A stretch of DNA of 64,000 bases from Mytilus edulis (lineage: Eukaryota), in NCBI RefSeq assembly GCF_963676685.1, contig NC_092346.1, positions 102,548,001 to 102,612,000 of the forward strand, written 5' to 3'. This document shows positions 25,424 to 38,052 of the stretch, in pieces. The stretch's first letter is position 1, and every line of letters begins with the position of its first letter. The notes under the pieces are model-generated. The model was given only the letters and a program-made list of their open reading frames with translations, was not told where the DNA came from and ran no database searches. Made by a program: the position numbers and the translations under genes.

Positions 25424-28400
25424 TTAATAGTTTATTTTGAGATTTTCTTTTCCATTATCTGTTTGAGGTAGTTTCCTTCTGAGTATTTTACCACTTGGTA
25501 GTTTAGGAATTTCATCCACAATTTCCAAGCCACCTCGAAGTTTCTTATAAGGGGACACTCGTTCTACAAAAGAAACATAACATTTAATAGCATTACTTGA
25601 TATCAGCAAACAATTTTGCTGAAGATTCTGTTTTCTTTGCAAAGAACTCGGTGATACATCATTAAATTTGTTTTGAAGTACATGGAAAACAATTCAATTG
25701 TACAGTTGGAACATTCCTCTTATTTCAACTGTTTTCTCATCCTTGTGATAACATTCAAATAATTTTGTTCAAAATTTCTAACTTGCATAAGAAAATAGAG
25801 AAAGCTTTGCATTTTCTGTAATGGTTAGAAAATGTGTATTTCAATCATTAAAATATTTATCTGTAGGCAAGCTCAAAACTAGTTCCTTAGATTTTAAATA
25901 TGTAGCATTACATGTACCATTTATATATTTCTGTATTTCTGTTGCTTCAGCATGTGATTTAAGTACAACATATGCCTTTGGAACTTCACCAAAAACATCA
26001 GCTGGTACCCCAATAACTGCTGCCTCTAATATAGCTTCATGGGATAACAGTATAGACTCTAGATAGGTTGGAGATATCTGAAATGTTAATCAAAACTAAT
26101 AATCTTCACAGCTCTGGTATAATTTGTATACTGTACAGAATCAAGGATTACTATACAAATCCTTGACAGAATCTAAAGTAGATCCTCATTTTTGTTCATT
26201 TCCTTTGTTTATTGAAAAAGTAATATCTGTATCTCAATATTTTGTACTGGGGGTATTCCTTAAATTATTTTTTTCATAGGAATCTTTTCTATTTTGTAAC
26301 GGAGAAATTGATGGATAAAATAAGAAACCATCATAAATGTTACAGGCATATTCAAAACAAAATCATGATAATGTCATATGATAAAATTATTCAAACCATA
26401 ACAGTTTGCATGTCATCATAACCCCTGAACTCCAGTGTTGCTATCTGTGCTATCATGAAATAATAGAAGCAGTTTAGAAAATATAAATGTGAATTTTAAT
26501 ATATTTACAACTGCTTTAACATTTGTGTTAAGTATGGCATTTGTATATATGAATAATGCAATTTACCTGATATCCTTTGTATTTAATAATATCCTTTAAT
26601 CTGTCAACAACAAAGTAATGGCCATCGTCATCATAGTAAGCTATATCACCTGAAAAAATCTGAGACCTTGAGAATAATAAGTATGAATGAAATGTGTGAA
26701 TGTAAATAAAACAGCAACCCAACAACATTTGAAAACAACTCTAAAAGATATCTAGGTTTAAAATTCATTTCACCAAGCTCTCTTCAAAACAAAGACACTA
26801 CCAACACGGAGCCTTGGCTCACACCAAACAGAAAGCTATTAAGGGCCCCCAATATGACTAGTGTAAAACAAGGAAAATCTACACTCTAACCTATATAGAA
26901 AAAAGCAAGAAATGGAAACACTTATGAACCATATCAACCAAGACAACCACTGAACATCAGGCTCCTGACTTAGGACACGTGCACACAAATGAAGCGGGTT
27001 TAAATGTTTTAATAGGTACCAACCTTTACCCTTACCGTAAACAATAGCATAACAGTCTGATTTTGAAGTTTTTTATGACATGAATAACTTTTGTGGAAAT
27101 TTATAAAATTTGAACAGAAGCTTTTTTCTATCCAAAAGACAGTGCCCAGACCAAAGTTATTTTATTTATTTTATATTTTCTTATTTTACTGGTTATGTAA
27201 GTACTTTTTAAAATAGTAGTTGTTATCAGTTTAAATCAAGTACTGTTTATAGAGAACATAGAATAACCTGTTTTTATCCAGCCATCTTCTGTAATAGACC
27301 TCCTGGTTGCTTCTTCATTGTTTAAATATCCTTTAGTAATTTGTGGCCCACACGCCCATATTTCACCAGACTCAAATGCTTTTGTTATAGTTTCTCCATT
27401 TTCAATATCAATTAGCTAAAATAATATATAAAGATTATATCAGTCTATAACTAATTAAAATTTGTGGATGTTTGGAAATTATGGGATGATTGTCAAATTG
27501 CATATCACTAGTTCTTGATTTATCGATTGATTCCTATGATGTAGGAATATAGAAGTTAAACCTTTGAGTATTCAATTATTATAGTCATACCAAGGATTTG
27601 TATAGTAAATATACAAATCCTTGGTCATACATTGAAAAGAGTGATATGCAATTCAGACCCACTGAAGCAATGGAAACATCCATTTTGATACATTACTATA
27701 CTGAGTAAAAATTTATATAATATAATTATAAAAAGTTAAAAGATTAAAATTACACTTATCATATACATTTATCTAATACAGCTTGTTAAGTTGTTAAAAG
27801 ATCTTTATAATGTGTTCTTGCATGAGATGAGTTACCTTTGATATAGTATTGGGTACTGGCTTGCCGATAGAACCATATTTATGACATCCAACAGGATCAG
27901 TGAATATTTACCTTTGATATAGTTTTGGGTACTGGCTTGCCGATAGAACCATATTTATGACATCCAACAGGATCAGTGAATATTTACCTTTGATATGGTA
28001 TTGGGTACTGGCTTGCCGATTGAACCATATTTATAACATCCAACAGGGTCAGTGAATATTTACCTTTGATATAGTTTTGGGTACTGGCTTGCCGATTGAA
28101 CCATATTTATGACATCCAACAGGATAAGTGAGTATTTACTTTTAACAGAGACATATATTGTATTATATGTCTCTGCTTTTAATATGGTATTGGGTACTGG
28201 CTTGCCGATTGAACCATATTTATGACATCCAACAGGATCAGTGAATATTTACCTTTGATATGGTATTGGGTACTGGCTTGCCGATAGAACCATATTTATA
28301 ACACCCAACAGGGTCAGTGAATATTTACCTTTGATATAGTTTTGGGTACTGGCTTGCCGATTGAACCATATTTATGACATCCAACAGGATCAGTGAATAT

Positions 28401-31400
28401 TTACCTTTGATATAGTATTGGGTACTGGCTTGCCGATTGAACCATATTTATAACATCCAACAGGATCAGTGAATATTTACCTTTGATATGGTATTGGGTA
28501 CTTGCTTGCCGATTGAACCATATTTATAACATCCAACAGGATAAGTGAGTATTTACTTTTAATATGGTATTGGGTACTGGCTTGCCGATTGAACCATATT
28601 TATAACATCCAACAGGATCAGTGAATATTTACCTTTGATATGGTATTGGGTACTGGCTTGCCGATTGAACCATATTTATAACATCCAACAGGATCAGTGA
28701 ATATAGCGCCACTAGTTTCTGACATTCCATAGCCTGTTCAATAAATTGGTAATCACATTTTATGACATTTTACCTTATTTTAAAAACATTGATAACTGTT
28801 TCAAATACTTATTGCTTAATTTTATTTATCTGTCAGTGTGTCACATAATTCAGGATTTTTTCTCATCTTTGCGAGGCAAGGGTAACCCTTGTCTAGAGAA
28901 GATAGAGAGAAGGGAAGTGGATCGTAACCCTTGTCTAGAGAAGATAGAGAGGAGGGAAGTGGATCGTAACCCTTAGGTAGAGAAGATAGAGAGGAGGGAA
29001 GTGGATCGTAACCCTTAGGTAGCGAAGATGTGTTTGCCTTTGATGCTTGATGTATTTTCCTTCTTCTCTTTTCTTCTCCATTTTTGTCGAGCCTGCCACT
29101 TTTGTCGCAGAAAGCTCGACATAGGGATAGTGATCCGGCGGCGGCGCCTTTAGCTAACTTCTTAAAAGCTTTATATTTTAGAAGGTGGAAGACCTGAATG
29201 CCTCATACTTTGTATATGGATGCCTCATGTTACGAAGTTTCCGTCAGCCACATGTCCAATGTTCTTGACCTCATTTTCATGGTTCAGTGACTACTTGAAA
29301 AAAAGTTAAGATTTTTTTGTAATGTTAAACTCTCTCTTATTATAAGTAGTAGGATAACTATATTTGGTATGTGCATACCTTGCAAGGTCCTTATGTCGGT
29401 CAGACAGTTTTCACTTGACCTCAACCTCATTTCATGGATCAGCAAACATGGTTAAGTTTTGATGGTCAAGTCCATATCTCAGATACTATAAGCAACAGGC
29501 CTAGGTCTAGTATATTTGGTGTATGGAAGCATTGTAAGGTGTCATCTGACCTTAACCTTATTTTCATGGTTCAGTGGTTATAGTTAAGTTTTTGTGTTTT
29601 GGTCTGTTTTATAATCCTGGTACCTTTGATAACTATTTCTTATACTGTATGCAATAGGTCTACTATATTTGGTGTATGGAATGATTGTAAGGTGTACATG
29701 TCTAGCTGGCAGGTGTCATCTGACCTTGACCTCATTTTCACGGTACAGTGGTCAAAGTTAAGTTTTTTAGTTTTGGTCTTTTTTAGCTCACCTGACCTGA
29801 AAGGTCAAGTGAGCTTTTCTCATCACTTGGGGGTCCGTCCTCCGTCGTCGTCCGGCGTCACCGTCGTCTGTAAACTTTTACAAAAATCTTCTCCTCTGAA
29901 ACTACTGGGTCAAATCTAACCAAACATGGCCAAAATCATTATTAGGGTATCTAGTTTAAAACTTGTGTCCAGTGACCCGTCCAACTAACCAAGATGGCCG
30001 CCATGGCTAAAAATAGAACTTAAGGGTAAAATGCAGTTTTTTGCTTAAAACTAAAAAAACAAAGCATTTAGAGCAAATCTGACATGGTGTTAAATTGTTT
30101 ATCAAGTCAAGATCTATATGCCCTGAAATTTTCAGATGTATCGGACAACCCGTTGTTAGGTTACTGCCCCTGAATTGGTAATTTTAAAGAAATTTTGCTG
30201 TTTTTGGTTATTATCTTGAATATTATTATAGATAGAGATAAACTGTAAAACAGCAAAAATGTTCAGCAAAGTAAGATTTTCAAATAAGTCAACAGGACCA
30301 AAATGTTCAGTTGACCCCTTTAGGAGTTATTGCCCTTTATAGTAAAATTTTAACCATTTTTCGTAAATCTTAGTTATCTTTTACAAAAATCTTCTCCTCT
30401 GAAACTACTGGGCCAAATTAATCCAAACTTGGCCACAATCATCATTGGGGTATCCAGTTTAAAAATTGTGTCCGGTGACTCGGCCACCCAACCAAGATGG
30501 CCGCCATGGCTAAAAATAGAACATAGGGGTAAAATGCAGTTTTTGGCTTATAACTCAAAAACCAAAGCATTTACAGCAAATCTATCGTGAGTAAAATTGT
30601 TTGTCAAGTCAACATCTATCTATCCTGAAATTTTCAGATGAATCGGATAACCGGTTGTTAGGTTGCTGCCTTGAATTGGTAATTTTAAGGAAATTTTGCC
30701 GTTTTTTGTTATTATCTTGAATATTATTATAGATAGAGATAAACTGTAAACAGCAATAATGTACAGCAAAGTAAGACATAAAAATAAGTCAACATGACCA
30801 AAATGGTCAATTGACCCCCTAAGGAGTTATTGCCCTTTATAGTCAATTTTTAACAATTTTCATAAAATTTGTAAATTTTCGCTAACATTTTCTACTGAAA
30901 CTACTGGGCCAAGTTCATTATTGATAGAGAAAATTGTAAGCAGCAAGAATGTTTACTAAAGTATACACATCACCATCACCAAATCACAATTTTGTCATGA
31001 ATCCATCTGTGTCCTTTGTATAATATTCACATAGACCAAGGTGAGCGACACAGGCTCTTTAGAGCCTCTAGTTTCTAATACTATATGCCATAGGTCAACT
31101 ATATTTGGTGTATTTAAATATTTTATGATCTATATGTCAGTTGTGCAGGTTTTATTTGACCTTGACCTCATTTTCACAGTTCATTGATCAGTGTTAAGTT
31201 TTTGTGTTTTGGTCTGTTTTTCTAACTATAAGCAAAAGGTCAACTATATCTGTTGTTTGGGAGAATTGTTTTCTGTAAATGCCTGTCTGGCATGGTTCAT
31301 CTGACCTTGACCTCATTTTCATATTTCTAAGGTCAATGTTAAGTTTTTATGGTTAATGTTAAGTTTATGTGACAGATGTAAAAAAGCTTTATATTTAGGA

Positions 31401-34400
31401 CTATCAACATAATATCAATGATTAGTAAAGAAGGCGAGACATTTCAGTATGTGCACTCTTGTTATCTTTTGTATGAAATATATCAACATACACTTTTTTT
31501 TTAATTCTTATTACTGACTGAAAACCTTCTAACACATATGAAACTATGAAGTTGGAGTAACCTTTGCTCTAAATAATCTTGAACTCTATCTCGATTGTTA
31601 ATGGCGCTTGTGCTATTCGCATAGCAATGACTAGCATACTTTATTTACCATTCTTTACCTTGTCTTATTCCCTGTAGTTTGAGTCTATGTACCATTTGTT
31701 CAGTTAAAGTTTTACTTAAAGGGGCAGCTCCAGAGTATGGTGTATGTAAACTAGACAAGTCGTACTTGGATACCATAGGGTCTTTGGCAAAAAAGTTTAC
31801 AAGTGGTGGTGCTATTAAACTGAACGTTCCCTGAAAAGAAAAACGATTATTTCTGTTATCTTGAACATGTTCTCTTCTGGATTACAGTTTGTACAATAAA
31901 AAAATGCCATTGCATGATATAGAGCAGTTCAAAATTAAGTTTTTTTAAATTATTGTGAAAGATGAATTTTACTTTGTCCAGAATGTAAATTAGTTTTTTA
32001 AAATATAAATATTAAGGGTGGGGGTCTTTCATATTTTTTTCATATTCGAAAAGCATGATATTAAATTTAAATTGAGACTGAAAATTAGAATGTTTTAACG
32101 AGACAGCAACCCGGCCAAAGAGCAGATTACAGTCGAACACACTACCAATGGGTCATCAACACAGCGATAACTAAATCCCGCACCCGGAGTGGGGCTTCAG
32201 CTGGCTCCTAAACAAAAATGTGTTTTACTTGTTCAGTGAAAATGGACGTCATACTAAACTCAATATAAACCTACCCTAAAATTTTGAATAGCATTGAGGT
32301 AAGATTCTGCTTCAAACCTGGGTAGAACAACAGTAGCCGCTCCCTGTGACAAAGGGTTCATCATCCCTATCATAAGTCCAGCAATGTGTACCATAGGTAG
32401 ACAGGAGATTGATTTCTCTTCTCCAGACACAAATGGAATTATTGTTGGATGTCTATATTATAAAAATACGCAATTAACACTTTATATACCAGTAAAAAAA
32501 TCATTATTGCTTTATTCTTTATAAAAAAACATTTACTTTTTTCAGTTTAGTATAATTGATGAATACATGTATCATAAGTTTCTTTGCACGAGGTTGATAT
32601 TTGGATTTTGACAAATTCATGAGCTCAATCTTGATTTATATAGCATGTATACAGCTACGATACCTCATTTTAAAGATGTGCATATGGATCATCAAACTTT
32701 ACTCATCCATTGTATAATTTTTTTTCCATTTCAACTTTAAGGGTTGCATACTCCTTGGGACCTTTGAATAACGTTTCAACATATATTGAACATAAAAAGA
32801 AAAAGACTATCACCGTAATTGACAAAGTTCAGCAACTAAGTTTTTATGAGTCAGTAATACGCCTTTTGGTAACCCTGTGGTCCCACTGGAGTATGGTACC
32901 AGTGCAGTATCGGTATCAGGGTTTATGTTTACATCTGGTAATTGGTTTGCCTTTGTTTCTATGAGGTCACTAAAGTTTCGATGAAATTCTGAATAGCCTA
33001 TAACTATGATTTCCTGCAATATCATACAAATATTCAAATAAATTTTAAAGAATGTACCCTAATTATTTTTTTGTTTCATCTTGTTTTTTAAAACAAGTAA
33101 TTCAAGTTATGTTTATTAAATAGTTACTATATAGAACCAGCTTCTTAATTCCTTTCAGAATAAAAGTATGTTATGATATGAGCAAAAGGAGACGAGAAAG
33201 CAACCAAACAAAAGATACGGACCATCGTTTTATATGGTTCAAGAAAAAGGGAGATAATATTACTTTAATTGAATATTCTATTGGGTTATCTCTAATAGTT
33301 TTGTACTAAAAATTGTATACCTTTACACTCGGAACTTTGACTTTTGCATTATTCGCCTTAGTAACGCAGTCAGGTGTTGTGATAATAAATTTAGTACTAG
33401 TATCATATAGTTGTGTGGCCAGCTCATCTACAATAGTAAAAAGGACATTTGACTCACAGTTGAAATTGAGACAAATTTCAGATCTGCTTGCTAAGAATTG
33501 CACCCTGAAGACAATACTTAATCATAAATCACAATACAGCATCAACAAGAATGATTTTAATCGGATTGGAAAGATGTGATTGATATGTTCTAATCGATTT
33601 TCATAGCTAAGAAAACGATTGCTTTGGTGTTGTTTCGATTTATGTAAGATTTGCATGTCTATTCCCAATACATTAAGTAAGTTGTCTCACCAACATTAAT
33701 CAGGGCATGAAGTCACTTTATGTTCAGCATACATATAAATAGTTAAACAATATATATTTTAAATAAATATTATGATATATACATTACAAACTCACCAACC
33801 TGCAGTAAGCTGCGAGTTAGCTATTGTTAAAATGGCACCGTTGGCCGTCACACCACAAAAGACATGTGCGAACTCGGGACGATTCGTTCCATATAAACAC
33901 ACTATATCGTTCTTTTGTAAACCAATATTTTTAAATCCTGTTGCTGTAGAAACTATTTCAGACTCTAACTGATCAAAGGTTGTTTCTTGTCCAGTAATGC
34001 CATTTATCTAAAACGTAAATGAGAAGAATAAAGTGTGTTAATATGAGTGTCTTATCATACTTTGTATTGAAGCTGCCTCATCAAGATATGACTTATCAAT
34101 GTTTTATGCATGGTGACACTACGGGTGTCACATATGGAACCGGAACTGCTGACACTTCCTTTAGTTCGTCCTCTGTTAATGGTGGTGCTAGTGTTGCTCG
34201 CAATCTTTCATTTTGTATCTAATGTTTTGTTCTTAACTTTTTGTCTTTTAGTCGTTTTATTTTTGGGCATTGTGTTGTCTAGTTTTTGTCGAGCCTTCGA
34301 CTTTAGTCGAAAACGCGAGACTAAGCGATCCTACATTCCGTCGTCGTCGTCGGCGGCTGCGGCGTCCACAATGTTCACTCTGTGGTTAAAGTTGTTGAAA

Positions 34401-35110
34401 TTTTAATAACTTTCTTAAACTATACTGGATTTCTACCAAACTTGGACAGAAGCTTGATTATGATCATAAGATAGTATCCAGAAGTAAATGTTGTAAAAAA
34501 ATAAATTCATTTTTTCCATATTTTACTTTTAAATGGACTTAGTTTTTCTGCGGGGAAACATTACATTCACTCTGTGGTTAAAGTTTTAAAAATTTTAATA
34601 AATTTCTTAAACTATCCTTGGTTTGTACCAAACTTGGACAGAAGCTTAATTATGATCATAAAATAGTATCCAGAAGTAAATTTTGTAAAAATATAAATTC
34701 ATTTTTTCCGTATTTTACTTTTAAATGGACTTAGGAGATTGTATCAAGAAAAATATTGTTATTGAGTTTTTTCCTCATTTTTGTTGAGCCTGCGATTTAC
34801 AGCAAAAGTAGGCGAGACACTGGGTTCCGCGGAACCCTTACAAATTTTTTTTACATGAAATTCGATTGCTCGTAGGTATTTTTTGCCTATTCAGTAAGTA
34901 AAATGATACAAATTAGAAGATACTAGTATTACTTACAAGAGCAGTGAACTTTCTGTATTTGTGTATGTCCTTTAAAATGTATTCCGCTATAGACATGTTT
35001 GGTATGTCGACATTATATGGAGACTTATGGTACTTTTGACAATTATGACGACGTAAAATGTTGCTATAACGCCATTTCAAGAGACAACGTTTTACTATTC
35101 TTATTATCAT
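25424..35110 (-). CDS. 4-coumarate-CoA ligase-like / firefly-luciferase-like acyl-CoA synthetase (ANL superfamily), complete, 556 aa
   Basis: Exons 35110-34937, 34007-33800, 33427-33321, 33013-32814, 32452-32275, 31830-31659, 28733-28633, 27415-27268, 26649-26567, 26077-25918 and 25563-25424 total 1671 nt in frame. Motifs: [13 protein letters not shown] (AMP-binding), [67 protein letters not shown]. Confidence 0.94.
26142..26165. mobile_element. 24-bp hairpin insertion with 7-bp TSD (ACAGAAT), putative transposon footprint
   Basis: ACAGAAT|CAAGGATTACTATACAAATCCTTG|ACAGAAT. Confidence 0.75.
27591..27623. mobile_element. 33-bp hairpin insertion with 7-bp TSD (GTCATAC), putative transposon footprint
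   Basis: GTCATAC|CAAGGATTTGTATAGTAAATATACAAATCCTTG|GTCATAC; same termini as 26142-26165. Confidence 0.8.
27832..28705 (-). repeat. 76-bp tandem array made of the 3' part of 4CL-like exon 7 plus its GTAA donor, ~11-12 copies
   Basis: Minus-strand unit ATATTCACTGATCCTGTTGGATGTTATAAATATGGTTCAATCGGCAAGCCAGTACCCAATACCATATCAAAG|GTAA encodes [30 protein letters not shown] at 27911 and 27987 gives the 76-bp period. Confidence 0.95.
28146..28175. mobile_element. 30-bp hairpin insertion with 7-bp TSD (CTTTTAA) inside one 76-bp unit
   Basis: CTTTTAA|CAGAGACATATATTGTATTATATGTCTCTG|CTTTTAA. The sister unit at ~28545-28570 shows the empty site with a single CTTTTAA. Confidence 0.85.
28883..29027. repeat. 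42-bp tandem repeat, ~3.5 copies
   Basis: TAACCCTT...GAGAAGATAGAGAG.AGGGAAGTGGATCG at 28883, 28925, 28967 and 29009. Confidence 0.9.
29081..31463 (+). mobile_element. Helentron-associated non-autonomous element (HINE/DINE-like), outer element, interrupted by a nested copy
   Basis: T-run, then TGTCGAGCCT...AAGCTCGACA short inverted repeat, (CGG)n microsatellite, internal TGACCTTGACCTCATTTTCA repeats, and a 3' AGGCGAGACA subterminal motif ending in CTTGTT. Confidence 0.65.
29781..31073 (+). mobile_element. Nested HINE/DINE-like element with ~500-bp internal tandem duplication
   Basis: TTTTTAGCTCACCTG...CAAGTGAGCT 5' inverted repeat, (CGT)n/CCGT microsatellite, internal repeat starting ~29877 and ~30380, 3' CAAGGTGAGCGA plus hairpin AGGCTCT.TAGAGCCT, inserted in a T run. 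Confidence 0.75.
34283..34850 (+). mobile_element. HINE/DINE-like element in 4CL-like intron 1
   Basis: TTTTTGTCGAGCCT start, (CGT)n(CGG)n, two ~194-bp core repeats (CACTCTGTGGTTAAAGTT at ~34376 and ~34568), 3' AGGCGAGACA plus palindrome GGGTTCCGCGGAACCC, T-rich end. Confidence 0.75.
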
Positions 35111-35517
35111 TTTAGTAAAGATGTCTCATTACGACATCCTTATCATATTTAGACCTACGATAATAGGAGTCTTAAGTTTGTAAGGCACTAACTGATACTA
35201 CATGATAAGGAATTTAAATCTCTTGAAACGGACATGTGTGACCATGACTTGTCTTTCACCGGGCAGTACAACACATTGAATGTAGATCGAATGTCGACTA
35301 GAATTAAACGGTAATACTATTTGAAAGTCACGAATATAAAATTGTTTAATATCCATTCGTTTAATGTGTTTGATTTTGCTACTGATTAGGCCCTTTTTGT
35401 TTTGACTTTTCCTGGGAGATTTTGTATTTTACATTTCGTCTATACATCTTTTGCTTCCGATTTTGACATTGAAAACAAAACTATTAGTTATTGATCGAAA
35501 CAGAACAAATATGTATT

Positions 35518-35650
35518 GCTACTTTTAAGGGCGCTTGTTATTACTACTTTTAAGGGCGCTTCTTATTGCTACTTTTAAGGGCGCTTGTTACTGCTACTTT
35601 TAAGGGCGCTTGTTACTGCTACTTTTAAGGGCGCTTGTTACTGCTACGTA
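35518..35650. repeat. 25-bp minisatellite CTACTTTTAAGGGCGCTTGTTACTG, ~5 copies, upstream of the 4CL-like start
   Basis: Read directly from the sequence; ACTTTTAAGG at 35521, 35546, 35571 and onward. Confidence 0.9.
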
Positions 35651-37370
35651 TTAAGGCACTTGATATTGATACCTTTTTTACGGCGCTTATTAATTGCGCA
35701 GTTTTTTGAAATCCCTTTTTTTCTCGAAATAGAAACTTTCAATGTTTTTCTCTCGAAATAGAAAGACATTCAGAAGAGTAAAATTTTAGTTAAGTGATAG
35801 AAGTGTAACACGTAAATGCGCATTAGAAAGTTACCTGTCAGTGGTGGCTTTCGGAATATTAGTAGTAATTATTTACTACAAAGTGTGGGACAACTGTCAA
35901 TGAGACGACAAAGCATGCAACAGCAAGAGAAAGAAAAAATAAATCTAATGTTTGCTTTTTAGCCGCAACTTTCATTTTGGAGAATTATATTTAAAAAATG
36001 CTTGGAATGAAAAATATGAGGAAATAGTGGTGTAAATAAATGAATAGTATAGTAAAATTACATCCGACCTGCTCTTCATTCATCTGCATTGTGTCACTTT
36101 CAAAATCCAGTTCAAACACTCAAACGCATAATTATTTTCTCAAACATTTTGTAGGCGATTTGCAGTTAAATGTGATGCAATGTAGGTATTTATTTACTTA
36201 CATACCTGCGTTTATAACGGTTGGATACTGTTCATGTTTTTTTATTTTTTTGTTTTAGGCATATTAACTGCTTAGGACGGTAAAATGCTGCAATAAACAT
36301 AAAAAAATGTAGAAAGGGTGACGGGATTGTGGGTACGTTATATTGAACGGCCAACTAAGTCTACCTTAGTAGCAATATACCAACTTCAATTGCAAATGGA
36401 ATATTCATTTCCCGACTTATTCGGTGCTCGAGAGCTTGCAGCTGCTACTCAGACTTTATAAAACGTCACTAGTGTCTGTGCAGAACGTTGATGAACCAGG
36501 GAACGTTTCGTCCTTTTTCTAAGTTCGTCGGAAGATTCCAAGACCATGTAGATGAATATTCCGTATAAACTTCAGAAATAATACATTATAGTCTTGAAGT
36601 ATAGATACTGGGTACCCATTTGACGTGGCTCGGTACTTGTACATTCCGTCATTATGTTATAGTGCTATGGTACATTTTTTTCATTTTTGTCTTTCAGTTT
36701 TGCTTATGTGCTTTGTCTATATGCCCTTATGTGTTTCTTTATTACACATTTGTTTGTTTTTATAGTAATTAAGATTATAACATAATGTTGACTGTTGTAC
36801 TCCTATTTTGACATTTTACCTATTATTATGTCTGTTTGTTTTGTTCACACAAGTGAGAGGTTTAGCTAGCTATAAAATCAGGTTTAATTCACACTTTTCT
36901 ACATAAGAAAATGCCTGTACCTATTCAGGAATTAACAGCTGTTATCCATTCGGTTGATGTGTATGATCTTTTGATTTTGCCATAATAAGTGACTTTCCGT
37001 TTTGAATTTTCCTCCGAGTTCGGTATTTTTTTTTGTTTTTACAGTTTCGCACGACAAATTCGTCTTTTCTAGGGGTGAACTTAAATTCTGTATAATGATG
37101 TGAGAGAAACGTTCAGTTAACAGCTATACTGTTTATGACAAGACAAAGACTGGCATTGCTTTTTGATTTAATTATAATAAGGTAGACAGTTGTATGTGTA
37201 TACAATTAATAGCATCAACTTATTTTTTACATTTTTTTATATTGACACCTCAAGCTACAGGTTAAATGTATAAAATCATTGGAATGATAAACAACTTTCC
37301 TAACTATATAATATTTAAAGCTTTACTCGGCCTGGTGACAGCAACTAAATGCCATAAACCACCTATAGTT

Positions 37371-38021
37371 TACAGTGGTACATTAATTTTTACAGCAGCA
37401 CACTATATAGATTAATGTAGCTCATTGTAGGTTAAAGTAGCTCATTGTAGTTTAAAGTAGCTCATTGTAGGTTAAAGTAGCTCATTGTAGTAAGTAGCAC
37501 ATTGACTTTAAAGTAGCACATTGTAGATTAATGTAGCACATTGTAGTTTACAGTAGCACATTGACTTTACAGTAGCACATTGTAGTTTAAAGTTGCACAT
37601 TGTAGTTTACAGTAGTATATTGCAGCACATACAAAGCAGCAACATAAACAAAAACAAAAATAATCTAAGGCAAGCTTTCGCGTTCTACTCCCCGCCGTGT
37701 ACTTTAAAAAAGCTTTCGCGTAATACTCTCCACTGAACATTAAACAAACTATGTGTACAGTGGTACATTAATTTTTACAGCAGCACACTATATAGATTAA
37801 TGTAGCTCATTGTAGGTTAAAGTAGCTCATTGTAGTAAGTAGCACATTGACTTTAAAGTAGCACATTGTAGATTAATGTAGCACATTGTAGTTTAAAGTT
37901 GCACATTGTAGTTTACTGTAGTACATTGCAGCACATACATAGCAGCAACGTTCTACTCCCCGCCGTGTACTTAAAAAAAAAGCTTTCGCGTAATACTCTC
38001 CACTGAACATTAAACAAACTA
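37371..38021. repeat. Local duplication (37371-37752 / 37756-38021) containing 20-bp GTAGC(T/A)CATTGTAG minisatellite units
   Basis: TACAGTGGTACATTAATTTTTACAGCAGCACACTATATAG occurs at 37371 and 37756, and both copies end CCACTGAACATT(T)AAACAAACTAT. It lies just 3' of the Ly6-like stop. Confidence 0.85.
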
Positions 38022-38052
38022 TTGCATAAATGAAATAAACTGGTATCGTAAT

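Noticed and set aside
25424-35110. Bioluminescent luciferase
   Set aside because: The motifs are shared by all 4CL-like acyl-CoA synthetases, and nothing in the sequence indicates luciferin specificity.
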